DNA of 64,000 bases from an uncultured Acidobacteriota bacterium (GTDB lineage: Bacteria > Acidobacteriota > Vicinamibacteria > Vicinamibacterales > UBA2999), in assembly GCA_963728305.1 (NCBI GenBank), contig CAVSKE010000014.1, forward strand, positions 142,374-206,373. The letters are read 5' to 3'. Each line of letters starts with the position of its first letter. The stretch's first letter is position 1. The notes under the pieces are model-generated. The model made no database searches, had not been told where the DNA came from, and saw only the letters and a list, made by a program, of their open reading frames with translations. Shown piece after piece: positions 1 through 9,893 of this stretch. The translations under genes and the position numbers were made by a program.

Positions 1-572
1 GGGACGATGGTATTGACGGTGATCTGCTGGCCGGCCAGATCGGTGGCGAGATAGCCGGTCGCCTGATTCATTGCCGCGTTGTTCAGTCCGTGCGTCAACG
101 CCGGTGCCCAGACAATCGTCGAGGCGGTTCCACTGATATTGATGATGCGGCCCGTGCCGTCGCCGGGCATCAACGGCAGGAAGGCGCGCGTGACGCGAAG
201 CGCGCCGAGAATCTTGTTGTCGAGATCCGCGATCCAGTCGCTGTCAGGCCACAGAATCTGGCGATCCATGCGGCGCATCGGACCGCCGGCGTTGTTGACG
301 ATGATGTGCACGGTGCCGCAGGCCTCTTTCGCCGCCGCTGCACTCGCGTCGACTTGATCGGTCTTGGTGATGTCGGCCGCGGCGACCAGCACCTTGACCC
401 CGCGCTCCTTCCGAATCTCGTCGGCGGTGCGATCGAGCAATTCCTTGCCTCGCGCCAACAGCACGAGGTTCACGCCCTGGCTGGCCAGCCCACGCGCGAT
501 CGCCCGTCCGATGCCCTTGCTGCCGCCAGTTACCAGCGCCGTCCTGCCCGCGAGTCCCAGCTCCAATGCCAC
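1..572 (-). CDS. short-chain dehydrogenase/reductase (SDR), C-terminal part cut by window edge
   Basis: Own minus-strand translation from GTG 572..570 (AGGAGA 6 nt upstream): VALELGLAGRTALVTGGSKGIGRAIARGLA (TGxxxGxG Rossmann motif), later NNAG. Absent from the ORF track because there is no stop inside the window. Confidence 0.8.
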   Translation of the reverse strand, partial: MALELGLAGRTALVTGGSKGIGRAIARGLASQGVNLVLLARGKELLDRTADEIRKERGVKVLVAAADITKTDQVDASAAAAKEACGTVHIIVNNAGGPMRRMDRQILWPDSDWIADLDNKILGALRVTRAFLPLMPGDGTGRIINISGTASTIVWAPALTHGLNNAAMNQATGYLATDLAGQQITVNTIV

Positions 573-623
573 GATGCCGTCTCCTGTCGTTGAAGGAGCG
601 GCTATCTTACTTCGGCCTATACT

Positions 624-649
624 GGCCCGTCCGAAAGGACGGGCCCTAC
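624..649 (-). repeat. REP-like hairpin with GTAG head
   Basis: Reverse complement reads GTAGGGCCCGTCC-TTTC-GGACGGGCC: 9-bp GC stem, 4-nt loop, intergenic between divergent genes. Confidence 0.6.
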
Positions 650-667
650 TCCTCTCAGAGAGACACC

Positions 668-1108
668 ATGGCTGACGCCCAACAGAGTTACAAGAACCAC
701 GCGCAGATCGTTTTCCTGTACCACCGTGTGCTGACCCTGCTTCTGCTGGTGGTCCTCATCGGGTCAATCGTGAACCTGACGAAGTCATGGGCCGACAGCA
801 CACGCTTCTACAGCGCCTCGCTCATCGTCGCACTGACGGTCGCGGCGATTCTGCTGTTCATCTTCGTGCGAGTCTTTCCGCTCAAGGCGCAGGACCGCGC
901 CATTCGCGCCGAGGAACAGCTCCGCCACTATGTGTTGACCGGAAAGCTGCTCGACAGCCGCCTGACCATGCGGCAGATCGTCGCGCTGCGGTTTGCATCC
1001 GATGCCGAGCTCGCCGTGCTGGCACAGCGCGCGGTTGATCAGTCGCTCAGCCCGGATGCGATCAAACGAGAAGTAAAACAGTGGCGCGCCGACACGTACC
1101 GCGTGTAG
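668..1108 (+). CDS. hypothetical membrane protein (two predicted TM helices)
   Basis: ORF 566..1108. Internal ATG at 668 (MADAQQSYKNH) avoids overlap with the divergent SDR start. Hydrophobic segments LTLLLLVVLIGSIV and LIVALTVAAILLFIFV. Confidence 0.5.
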   Translation: MADAQQSYKNHAQIVFLYHRVLTLLLLVVLIGSIVNLTKSWADSTRFYSASLIVALTVAAILLFIFVRVFPLKAQDRAIRAEEQLRHYVLTGKLLDSRLTMRQIVALRFASDAELAVLAQRAVDQSLSPDAIKREVKQWRADTYRV

Positions 1109-1121
1109 CGCGGCGCGCGGG

Positions 1122-1452
1122 TTATGCGCCGACCGCCCGCGCTTCCGGCTGATAGAGCTCGAAGACTGTCATCAGGCGCGTGATCGTCAGCAGCTGACGG
1201 ACGCGCGGAGTGATGTTCATGAGCTTGACCGATCCGCCGGCACGGTGCGCAGAGACATAGGCCTGCACCATCGTGCCGAGGCCACAGCTGTCCACGTACG
1301 GCACGCGCCCCAAATCCAGCACCAGATGACGGCGTCCGGCATCGAGTCTGGCGGCGAACGGCCTCTTTCAGATCGGCTTCGGTTTCCACCGTGAGCCGTT
1401 CCGTGAGTTCGAGCACCACCACGTTCCGATAGACGTGTTCGAGGACTTGCAC
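1122..1452 (-). CDS. STAS-domain anti-sigma-factor antagonist (SpoIIAA-like), one frame disruption near 1345
   Basis: GTG at 1452 with AGGAGA 6 nt upstream gives MQVLEHVYRNVVVLELTERLTVETEADLKEAVRR. It continues in ORF 1122..1322 as LDLGRVPYVDSCGLGTMVQAYVSAHRAGGSVKLMNITPRVRQLLTITRL, typical STAS. Confidence 0.65.
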
Positions 1453-1673
1453 AGAAAATCTCCTGTCTACTAACCCTAACGAAGATTCCCGCACGACTCG
1501 AACACCTTCGGGTTTCCTTCCAGCCAGATGGCTCGCAACCGGCACGTCGGCTTGGCTTTAGCGACGTTTGCCGCTGCCGAGGCTCAGGTGCCGCTCGGCC
1601 ATGGCCGGGAATGTGAGAAACTCCGAGCTTTTGCACGACAAGTCACGTCTAAGGGCTCAACGGAGGCAAACGC

Positions 1674-2575
1674 ATGCGACCAAGACTCCTGGCGATGGCC
1701 GGTCTCTCCCTCTGGGTGTGCGTGTTCGCAAGTGGCGCGTCAGCGCAACGCCAGCTGCAGCTGTACGCCACGATTCTCGACAGCACTGGCGCACCGGCCG
1801 CCACGGTGACCCCCGAGGACGTGCAGGGTGCAGGAAAACGGCGCCGAGCTGAAGATTCTCAAGGTCGAGCCGATCCGTGGACGACCAAGGTGCAGATCCT
1901 GCTGGACAACGGCACCGGGATTGGCTCGGCCAACCTCAATCAACTGCGCAATGGACTGAAGGGTCTGCTCGAAGCGCTGCCGCTCGGACTCGAAGTCACG
2001 CTCGTCACGACGGCGCCGCAACCGAGATTCCTCGTAGCGCGCGACCACCGATCGCGTGCAGCAGCTCGCGGGCATCGACCGGCTCGCGCCCGACAGCACC
2101 GTCGGCCGTTTCGTCGAATCACTGGGCGAGGCGCTCCAGCGCTTCGCGCGAGGACGAGACCGACTTCTTCGGCGTCATCGTCTCGCTGGGATCGACCGCA
2201 GGCGACAATCGCGTCCTCGACCGCGACATCAATCAGATCTTCGAACGGGTCCAGAAGAAGCCGACGACGGTGCACGTCGTCATGGTGTCCACGGCCCCCG
2301 GGGCGTCGGCAAGCGGCGGTGTGGTCCAGACGGAAGTCGGAATGCAGGTCGCCAAGATCACCAACGGACGATACGAGAGCATCGCGGCCGTGAGCCGCAT
2401 CGCGACGCTGCTGCCGGAGATCGGCGCGCAGATTGCGAAGGCCAGTCAAGGGGCAAACAAGCAGTTTCGGATCACCGCGGAGCGCACGGGCGGCAACTCC
2501 AACGAACCGGCGAAGATCAGCATGGGGGCACGCAACGGCCTGGCAGTGACCGGCGTGACCATCGGGAGCCGGTAG
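1674..2575 (+). CDS. secreted hypothetical protein (possibly VWA-like), at least 2 frame disruptions
   Basis: Signal peptide MRPRLLAMAGLSLWVCVFASGASAQ in ORF 1674... Coherent sequence resumes in ORFs 2056.. and 1877..2575 (FFGVIVSLGSTAGDNRVLDRDINQIF...VHVVMVSTAPG). Confidence 0.45.
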
Positions 2576-2636
2576 CTGGTTGGTGGTTAGTGGTTGGTGG
2601 TTGTGGTGACGCAACCGCCGACCCGACCTATCTGCC
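2571..2636 (+). repeat. long imperfect hairpin of short G/T-rich repeats with GTAG head (terminator-like)
   Basis: GGTAGCTGGTTGGTGGTTAGTGGTTGGTGGTTGTGGTG-ACG-CAACCGCCGACCCGACC. The arms pair with G-U wobbles only in the plus-strand RNA. It starts at the stop codon of the upstream plus-strand gene. Confidence 0.45.
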
Positions 2637-3600
2637 CTGCTCGCGTGCGCGCGCACTCTTCAGCGAGTTCGTCATCGCGTAGTTCCCCTCGTGGCACCCG
2701 TATTCGAACATCTGATACGCATCGTCACGCAGGAGCGGGAAACGTGCGGTCCACGGCCGCACCCACGTTCGCGGATCGCTGACGGTCACTTCATATTGCA
2801 GCGTGTTGGCGTCCGCGAGCGTGAACCGCTCGACCAGACGCAGTGCCTCACTGGTGGGATTCCCGTTGCCATTGCGCCCGTACGATCCCGTCTTCCCGTT
2901 GAAGTTCGTCGTCTCGATCACCAGCGTGTCGCCGTCCCAGTGACCGCGGGCGTCGCCCATGTAGGAGCGAATCGCCGGCGAGATGCGTGGACGGCGATCG
3001 AGTGGCACGATGCGCGTCTCGTGAATCATTTCGTAACGGATGATCACGAAGCCGGGGACCTGGCGAATCTCGGTGCCGGTGCTGTAGATGTTGGGAAACG
3101 CCGATCCCAGCACACCGCGGCTGATACACCGATCGTACGGCGTCAGGTCTTCCGGCCCGCGGTACGCATACGTGTCGGCTGACGTCGTTCGCCACAGCTC
3201 GGCCCGACGCTCGCCGTCCTCGGTCATCGCCGGCAAGCGGCCATCCGGCGGATCGACGACGAGCGACGCCAGGCGTGAGGCCTTGCCGCGCTCGAGCCAG
3301 TGCGGCGGCGGCGAGGTGATCGGCGAGATATCCGACGTGGCCCGGGCCTGCGCCGCGGTGAACTCCGCGTCGGTCAGCTCATTGCGCGTGCCGAAGGACG
3401 CCGGACGCTCGAACGGCACGTCCACCACGTGATCGCTCGGCCATATCCCCTGCAGATCGGGATCGCCCCAGGTCGTGCGGGGCGCCGCAAAGCGCGCCGC
3501 CGGGCTCGCCGCGCGATCGGTAGTGCGCTGCGGCGCTTCGGCCGAAAGTATCACCTGTCAGGATGACGATCGACAGCGCGGCCCGAGACAGGCGAGACAT
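2628..3600 (-). CDS. secreted protein of uncharacterised family (paralogue P1), frame disruption near 3555
   Basis: ORF 2628..3554 plus signal peptide MSRLSRAALSIVILT in ORF 3379..3600. Shares WGDPDLQGIW, YDRCI.RG.PG, IRYEMIHE.RI.PLD, G.WDG.TLV.ET.NF and FEYGCHEGN blocks with 5276..6281. Confidence 0.6.
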
Positions 3601-3650
3601 CGCACGTAATCATAGCCAGAGCCGCAACGACCGTGGTACGGTGACAACAC

Positions 3651-5249
3651 GTGACGACGACCACCACACCACGGCCGCGCGGCGCACTCGGGAGCTTGAT
3701 GCTCGCGATGCGCTCCAAGCGCACGGCGTTCGTCGTTCTCCAGATGTTCGCGTCGGGTCTTCCGCTGGGCCTGGTGTGGTACGCCATCCCGGACTGGATG
3801 CGCGACATCGGCGTGGACATCCGTGTCGTCGGCCTCATCACGCTGGCGCAGGCCCCGTGGACATTCAAGGTGCTGTGGGCGCCCCTGATGGATCGCTACG
3901 TCCCCCCCTTCTGGGGCCGCCGGCGTGGCTGGATGGCGCTGACGCAAATCGCGCTGTTCGCGTTCACCCTGATGCTGGCCGGTGTCGGGCAGCGCCCGGA
4001 GGCGATTTGGGTCGTCGGTGCACTCGCACTGGCCGTGGCGATGGCGTCGGCGTCGCAGGACATCGTCATCGACGCCTACGCCGTCGAAACGCTTCACAAG
4101 GACGAACAGGGTGCGGCATCCGGTGCACGAACAGCGATGTACCGGCTGGCGCTGCTCGTCTCCGGTGGACTCAGCATTACGCTCGCGGCGCAGTGGGGGT
4201 GGCCGGCGGTCAACGTCTTGATGGCATTTGTCTATCTGCCGATGCTCATCATCACGTGGAAATCGCCGGAGCCGGATGTCAAAGCGCCGGCGCCGCGCAC
4301 GCTGCGCGAGGCGGTGTGGCAGCCGTTTCTCAGCTTTCTCACTCGCCGGCAGGCACTCGAGATTCTCGCGTTCGTCGTCCTCTACAAGTTCGCCGACCAG
4401 CTCGCCCAGGCGCTCACCCGGCCGTTCCTGATCGACATGGGCTACAGCGCCAACCATCGCGGGATCGCGCTGGCGACCATCGGCGCGGGCGCAACGATCG
4501 TCGGCTCGATCATCGGCGGCTGGCTGACGACTCTCGTCGGGCTCGGTCATTCACTGTGGATATTCGGGTTCCTGCAGCTCTTTTCGAACGCCGGATATTT
4601 CTTTCTGTCGCGGCTGAGCGAACCAAGCCTCCCGGCGATGTATGCAGCCACCGGCTTCGAGCTCCTGACCTCTGGCATGGGGACGGGCGCCTTCACCGTG
4701 CTGCTGCTGCGTCTCACCGAGAAGCGCTTCTCGGCGACGCAGTACGCGCTGTTCTCGAGTCTGTTCGCGTTGCCTCGTGTGATCGCGGGACCGATCACCG
4801 GCTTCGCCGTCGATGCCCTGGGCTGGTCCACGTTCTTCCTGTCGACGATGGTCATCGGCATTCCGGGCCTGGTCATGCTCGCTCGCTTCGTCCCGTTCGG
4901 CGTGCGCGAACCCGAGTTCGACCTCAACGAGAAGTCGGATGTGGCGACGCCGAGCGTCTCGGGACCACTCGTGATTCGCGGTCTGCTCGGCGGGATTGTG
5001 GCGGGGGCGCTTTCAATCGCGGCGCTTGCGCTGCTCGATGCGCTCAGCGTCATGCGCAGCACACCCGCCGCCGGGTTCGATGTTCGCGCCGCGCTCTGGC
5101 GCGTGTTTCAGCCGTCCGGGACAGGTGACTGGGTACAGGTCTTCGGCATCCTCGCCTTCGCGTTGGTGGGCGGACTCTTCGTCGCCGCCCGCCACAGCCT
5201 TCGCGAGCCCGCCACTCAAACCAAGCACGCCCGCGCGGCGGGCTCGTAG
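3651..5249 (+). CDS. ampG: AmpG-family MFS (muropeptide) transporter
   Basis: Intact 532-aa ORF. N-terminus FVVLQMFASGLPLGLVWYAIPDWMRDIGVDIRVVGLITLAQAPWTFKVLWAPLMDRY matches the AmpG/MFS signature; multiple TM segments. Confidence 0.7.
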   Translation: MTTTTTPRPRGALGSLMLAMRSKRTAFVVLQMFASGLPLGLVWYAIPDWMRDIGVDIRVVGLITLAQAPWTFKVLWAPLMDRYVPPFWGRRRGWMALTQIALFAFTLMLAGVGQRPEAIWVVGALALAVAMASASQDIVIDAYAVETLHKDEQGAASGARTAMYRLALLVSGGLSITLAAQWGWPAVNVLMAFVYLPMLIITWKSPEPDVKAPAPRTLREAVWQPFLSFLTRRQALEILAFVVLYKFADQLAQALTRPFLIDMGYSANHRGIALATIGAGATIVGSIIGGWLTTLVGLGHSLWIFGFLQLFSNAGYFFLSRLSEPSLPAMYAATGFELLTSGMGTGAFTVLLLRLTEKRFSATQYALFSSLFALPRVIAGPITGFAVDALGWSTFFLSTMVIGIPGLVMLARFVPFGVREPEFDLNEKSDVATPSVSGPLVIRGLLGGIVAGALSIAALALLDALSVMRSTPAAGFDVRAALWRVFQPSGTGDWVQVFGILAFALVGGLFVAARHSLREPATQTKHARAAGS

Positions 5250-5275
5250 TACCATCGGCCTCCACGGAGGCCGGT

Positions 5276-6281
5276 ATGAGAGCATCTCGCCGTATCTGCC
5301 TGTGCGCCGCCGTGACGATCGTGGCGATGAGCTGGCTCCTGCATTCGTCGCCGCAGGCGCAAACCGGTTCGTGGACGCCCTCCGAAGACGCCGTGGGGGC
5401 ATCCCGACCTTCAAGGTATCTACACCAACAAGGACGAAGCGAACACTCCGCTCGAACGGCCCGCGGAGCTGTCGGGACGGTCGGCGAAGGACTTCACGGC
5501 TGCCGACCTCGCCGCGCTGGCGAAGCAACGCCAGGCCGTCGCCGCCAAGATTGCCGGTGGCATCGGCGGCGCCGAGACGGGCGCCGGACCGACGCACTGG
5601 TACGAGCACCTGCAGGGCAGCGGTAGCCGCCCGTGGCTGATCATCGATCCGCCGGACGGACGTCTGCCGGCAATGACGCCGCAGGCGCTCAAGCGCGAGG
5701 CCGCCGCCGCCGCGATCAACGACGCACGCAATGGCGAAGGCCGCGCTGACTCCTGGCTCGACCGCAGCCTCTACGACCGCTGCATCACACGCGGGCTGCC
5801 CGGCTCGATGATGCCCGCCATCTACGGCAACGCCTACGAGATCGTCCAGACACCGGACTCGGTGGCGATTCGCTACGAGATGATTCATGAGGCGCGGATC
5901 ATCCCGCTCGACAACCGTCCGCGCGTGAACGACCAGATCCGCCAGTATCTCGGCGACGGGCGCGGCCGCTGGGACGGCAACACGCTGGTCGTCGAGACGA
6001 AGAACTTCACCAACCGCACGCACTTCGGCTACAACAACCGCTTCAACAGCGAGCAGTTCACGCTGACCGAGCGCTTCACGCCGACGTCACCGACGACGGT
6101 GCAGTGGGACGTGACGTTCAACGACCCCGAGGTCTGGACGAGGCCCTTCACGTTCACGATGCCGCTGACCCGCGACGACTCCTCGCAGATCTTCGAATAC
6201 GGCTGCCACGAGGGAAACCGCGGTCTCGAGCACATTCTCAAAGGCGCGCGTGCCGACGAGGCGGCCGCGGCCCGGCGGTAA
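5276..6281 (+). CDS. secreted protein of uncharacterised family (paralogue P2), frame disruption near 5400
   Basis: Signal peptide MRASRRICLCAAVTIVAMSWLLHSSPQAQ (ORF 5276..). A third frame gives HPDLQGIYTNKDEANTPLERP. ORF 5673..6281 carries the conserved C-terminal blocks shared with P1. Confidence 0.6.
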
Positions 6282-6327
6282 CACGACGTCGCGGCGGGGC
6301 TGGAGACCCGCCGCCATCGGAGGCATC

Positions 6328-6693
6328 ATGCGCTGGGGACGTGCCATTGCCGGTGGCGTCATCGCCGAAGTGCTGTTGATAATCGCCGTCATGCCGGGCT
6401 TCGCGATGGGCAGCGAACCGGTGGTCACCTGGACGGCGGTGATCGGATCGCCGGTTATGACATTCCTCGCTGCGCTCTGGGTGAGTCGACGCCTCGAGTC
6501 GCAGTTCGTCCTCCACGGCGCGGTGGTCGGGCTCACCGCGATGCTGATCTACCTGATCCCGATCGTCGCGGGAGGAGTGGAACAACCGATGGTCTACTGG
6601 TTGGCGCACGGCCTCAAGATTCTCGGCGGCGCCGCCGGTGGCCTGTTCGCGGCCCGGCGCGTCGCGACCGCGACGATCGCGGCCCGCGTCTAG
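6328..6693 (+). CDS. hypothetical integral membrane protein
   Basis: ORF 6250..6693, start taken at internal ATG (MRWGRAIAGGVIAEVLLIIAVMPG). About four hydrophobic segments. Confidence 0.45.
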   Translation: MRWGRAIAGGVIAEVLLIIAVMPGFAMGSEPVVTWTAVIGSPVMTFLAALWVSRRLESQFVLHGAVVGLTAMLIYLIPIVAGGVEQPMVYWLAHGLKILGGAAGGLFAARRVATATIAARV

Positions 6694-6719
6694 GCGCGTG
6701 TGAAAAGCAGAGGTGAACC

Positions 6720-7194
6720 ATGCGTTCAGTAGTCCTCACCGTCGGTGTCGTCCTTGCGATCAGTGCCATGGCGTCATCCGCTGACGCACAGTTCCGCGGC
6801 AGGCTTACGTCGCGGCCATCGATTCCTTCCGCCGGTCCGCGGCCGGGTGCGCCGACGCTTCAGCCCATCCCGATCTGGTGGCACTGGGGCCTCGTGGCAC
6901 TGCCCGAGTCCATCATGCTGGCACAGCCGCCAGTTGGCGACGGGGCCCCGAAAGGCGGCGTCCAGCTCGATATCCAGCCGTGGAGCGCGCAGGTCTACGT
7001 TGACGGCACCCTCGCCGGGCGCGTCGATCAGTTCCGCGGTTATTACCAGCCTCTCGAGCTCGCGGCCGGTCCGCACACCATCGCCGTTGTGGCTCCTGGC
7101 CGCGAGCCCCTCATCTTCGGCGTCATGGTCGTTCCTGGCCGGACCTATGACTCAGCGCGCCACACTGCCATGGGCGGGAGCCACGCTGCCTTGA
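6720..7194 (+). CDS. PEGA-domain secreted protein (3' end uncertain)
   Basis: Signal peptide MRSVVLTVGVVLAISAMASSADAQ. PEGA-like VYVDGTLAGRVDQFRGYYQPLELAAGPHTIAVVAPGREP. A stop at 7192..7194 exists in the +1 frame, while the annotated ORF runs on into the PadR domain. Confidence 0.5.
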
Positions 7195-7628
7195 CAGCAC
7201 AGTCACTCCACGATACATATATCCACCGTGGTTACATCCACGGCGAAGCGCACAGACCTGAGCCCGACGACGAGCCGGCGCCCCTGCTGACGCCGGCCGT
7301 CTTCCACATCCTGCTGGCGCTCGCCGACGGCGAATCGCACGGCTACGGCATCATGCAGGACGTCGAGCGCTTCACCAACGGCGACACACGCCTGGGTCCG
7401 GGCACGCTGTATCGCTCGATTCAACGCATGCTGGTCGACGGGTTGATCGAGGAGCTGGCCATCTCGCTCCACGACGAGGCCGACGAGGATCGCCGCCGCT
7501 ACTACCGGCTCACGCCCAAAGGCCTGGCCGTGGCCCAACGCGAGGCGCAGCGGCTGGCCGATCTGGTCGACGCCGCCCGCCATCGCAATCTGCTGTCCAC
7601 CCGTCCAGTCAAAGGGCACGCCGGATGA
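7191..7628 (+). CDS. PadR-family transcriptional regulator (start uncertain, possibly TTG 7191)
   Basis: C-terminal half of ORF 6720..7628: PAVFHILLALADGESHGYGIMQDVERFTNGDTRLGPGTLYRSIQRMLVDGLIEE...RRRYYRLTPKG is a PadR winged helix. Confidence 0.65.
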   Translation: MTAQSLHDTYIHRGYIHGEAHRPEPDDEPAPLLTPAVFHILLALADGESHGYGIMQDVERFTNGDTRLGPGTLYRSIQRMLVDGLIEELAISLHDEADEDRRRYYRLTPKGLAVAQREAQRLADLVDAARHRNLLSTRPVKGHAG

Positions 7629-8100
7629 CCATCACACCCGTACCCGGAGGACTTTCACACCATCACGCCGCAGATCGTCGGTCAAAGGCGTGGCGGCGGC
7701 GATCGACTGGTACACCACGGCGCTCGGCGCCCACGAACTGCTGCGCAACACGGCACCTGACGGCACCTCGATCATGCATGCGGAGCTGCTGCTCGGCGAC
7801 TCGCGCTTCTTCGTCGTCGACGAATTCCCCGACTCGATGGTCTCTCCCTCGACGCTCGGCGGCACCACCGTGACGATGCACCTCTACGTGCGTGACGTGG
7901 ACGCGCTGTTCAATCGAGCCATCCAGGCCGGAGCCCGCGTCGTCATGCCGGTGGCCGATCAGTTCTGGGGCGATCGATACGGCATCCTGCTCGACCCGTT
8001 TGGTCATCGCTGGTCGATCGCCAGCCGCATCGAGGACCTCTCGCCCAGGAAGCTCCAGGAGCGCGCCCGGTCCTGGGTCAACGATCAGGAGACGTCATGA
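7625..8100 (+). CDS. VOC/glyoxalase-family protein (PhnB-like), two frame disruptions in the first ~70 nt
   Basis: ATG 7625 overlaps the PadR stop (ATGA). ORF 7690..8100 gives AAAIDWYTTALGAHELLRNTAPDGTSIMHAELLLGDSRFFVVDEFP...DQFWGDRYGILLDPFGHRWSI. Confidence 0.65.
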
Positions 8101-8598
8101 GCTACGCACGCGCCGCGGCGACCGTGTTCGCCGCGTTTCTCCTCTCGAACGTGTTCGCCATCGCGATTCACGGCTTCATGCTCGCTGCGGACTATGCGCC
8201 GTACCGCGGAACGCTGCTGCGTGATTTTCAGGGCGGACCGGGATGGCAGTCCCTCCTGCTGCCGGTGGCCCACCTCTGTTTCATTTCCGGGCTGGTGTGG
8301 ATCTACGGACGGCTGTCGCTCGAGGGCTCGCACGCCGCACGAGGGCTCAAGCTCGGGTCTGCTCGCGTGGCTGATTGGACAGGCTCCGCTCTGGCTGATT
8401 TGGTACGCCGAGCAGCCGTGGCCCGACAGTCTCATCGTCAAACAGCTCGGGCTCGAGCTGCTGTCGTCGCTGGCGATTGGTCTGACGATCGCCCTCGTGT
8501 CGCGACTGCCCGCACGGCACGTCGCTCCGCGCGTCGCCACCGGTCTGACGGCCGCGCCCGCTGGGATCGCCTCGTGCGGTAGACTGACCGCCAGATGA
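8097..8598 (+). CDS. hypothetical membrane protein, frame disruption near 8350
   Basis: ATG 8097 overlaps the upstream stop (ATGA). ORF 8097.. is hydrophobic (FAAFLLSNVFAIAIHGFML) and continues in ORF 8194..8598 (LLAWLIGQAPLWLIWYAEQPWPDSLIVKQLGLELLSSLAIGLTIALV). Confidence 0.45.
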
Positions 8599-9893
8599 CG
8601 ATGAACCCGGCCCTCACGGTGAAGAATCCACCGCCCGCGCTCTGGCGGTGGAGCGTCCTCGTCGCGATCAGCGTGGCGATGTTCGGCAACTACTACGTCT
8701 ACGATTCGATCGCGCCGGTCGCCGACTCGCTGCAGAGGCTCCTCGGATTCTCCGACACGCAGATCGGCACGCTCAACGCCATCTACAGCCTGCCGAACAT
8801 CGTCGTCGTCCTGATCGGCGGCGTCATCGTCGATCGGTTCGGGACGCGCCTGTCCACGCTGTTCTTCGCGATCATCTGCAGCATCGGCGCACTGATCACC
8901 GCCAGCTCGCCGTCGTTCCCTGTCATGGCGGCAGGACGGTTGATCTTCGGCCTCGGCGCTGAGTCGATGATCGTGGCGATCACCGTCGCCATTGGCCAGT
9001 GGTTCGTCGGACGGCAGCTGGGATTTGCGTTCGGCGTCAACCTGAGCATCGCGCGCGCCGGGTCCTTCGCCGCGGACAAGTCGACCAGCTGGTTCCAGCC
9101 GTTGTATGACCAGGGCTGGCAGCCGCCGCTCGTCCTCGCCTTCGGCTTCTCACTCATCGCGGTCGTGGCGTGCGTCGTGTATTACTGGATGGACCGCCGT
9201 GTGGCACGCGACTTCGACGTCCCGGAGCCGTCGCCCTCGGATCGCTTCGTGTGGAGCGACCTCTGGCGCTTCGATCGATCGTTCTGGTACATCATCGGCC
9301 TCTGCGTCACCTTCTACTCGGTGATCTTTCCGTTTCGCAGCACGTTTGCGATCAAGTATTTCCAGCACGCGCACAGCGTGTCGCTGCAGGAGGCCGGCGA
9401 CCTGAACGGCTACGTGTTTCTCGCCGCGATCGTTGCCACGCCGATCTTCGGCCTGATGGCGGATCGCGTCGGACACCGTGCTGCGTTCATGGCCTTCGGA
9501 TGTTTTCTGCTCGCGGCGGTGTTCCCGATCCTCGCCTACACCGACGCCAATCTGTGGATCACGACGGTGATGATCGGGATCGCGTTCTCGCTCGTGCCGG
9601 CAGTGATCTGGCCGGCAGTGGCGTACCTGGTCGAGCCCCAGCGGCTGGGCACCGCGTACGGGCTGATGACGATGGTGCAGGCGATCGGGTTGACGGTGAT
9701 CAATCTCGTCGCCGGCGTGTTGAACGACTACTACAAGGCCAGCGAGACAAACCCCTCCGGCTACACGCCGATGCTGTGGCTGTTCCTCTTCCTGAGCCTG
9801 TTTGGATTCGTGTTCGCCTACGCGCTGCGCGTCCGCGAGACCGGGCCGCACGGCCACGGCCTCGAGTCGATCAAGGCCGCGGCGCCCGGATAA
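8595..9893 (+). CDS. MFS transporter
   Basis: Intact 432-aa ORF whose start overlaps the upstream stop. About 12 hydrophobic segments; MFS-like GGVIVDRFGTR loop. Confidence 0.75.
   Translation: MTMNPALTVKNPPPALWRWSVLVAISVAMFGNYYVYDSIAPVADSLQRLLGFSDTQIGTLNAIYSLPNIVVVLIGGVIVDRFGTRLSTLFFAIICSIGALITASSPSFPVMAAGRLIFGLGAESMIVAITVAIGQWFVGRQLGFAFGVNLSIARAGSFAADKSTSWFQPLYDQGWQPPLVLAFGFSLIAVVACVVYYWMDRRVARDFDVPEPSPSDRFVWSDLWRFDRSFWYIIGLCVTFYSVIFPFRSTFAIKYFQHAHSVSLQEAGDLNGYVFLAAIVATPIFGLMADRVGHRAAFMAFGCFLLAAVFPILAYTDANLWITTVMIGIAFSLVPAVIWPAVAYLVEPQRLGTAYGLMTMVQAIGLTVINLVAGVLNDYYKASETNPSGYTPMLWLFLFLSLFGFVFAYALRVRETGPHGHGLESIKAAAPG

Noticed and set aside
3558-5128. Long ORFs 3563..5128(+) and 3558..4550(-) overlapping the ampG-like gene
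   Set aside because: They are Arg/Pro/Gly-rich low-complexity translations typical of off-frame and antisense reading of GC-rich DNA. The 3651..5249 frame gives a coherent MFS protein.
7191-7225. TTGACA-N17-TACATA read as a sigma-70 promoter for the PadR gene
   Set aside because: The TTG is in frame with the PadR domain and may instead be its start codon. With an uncertain sequence here I cannot separate the two readings.
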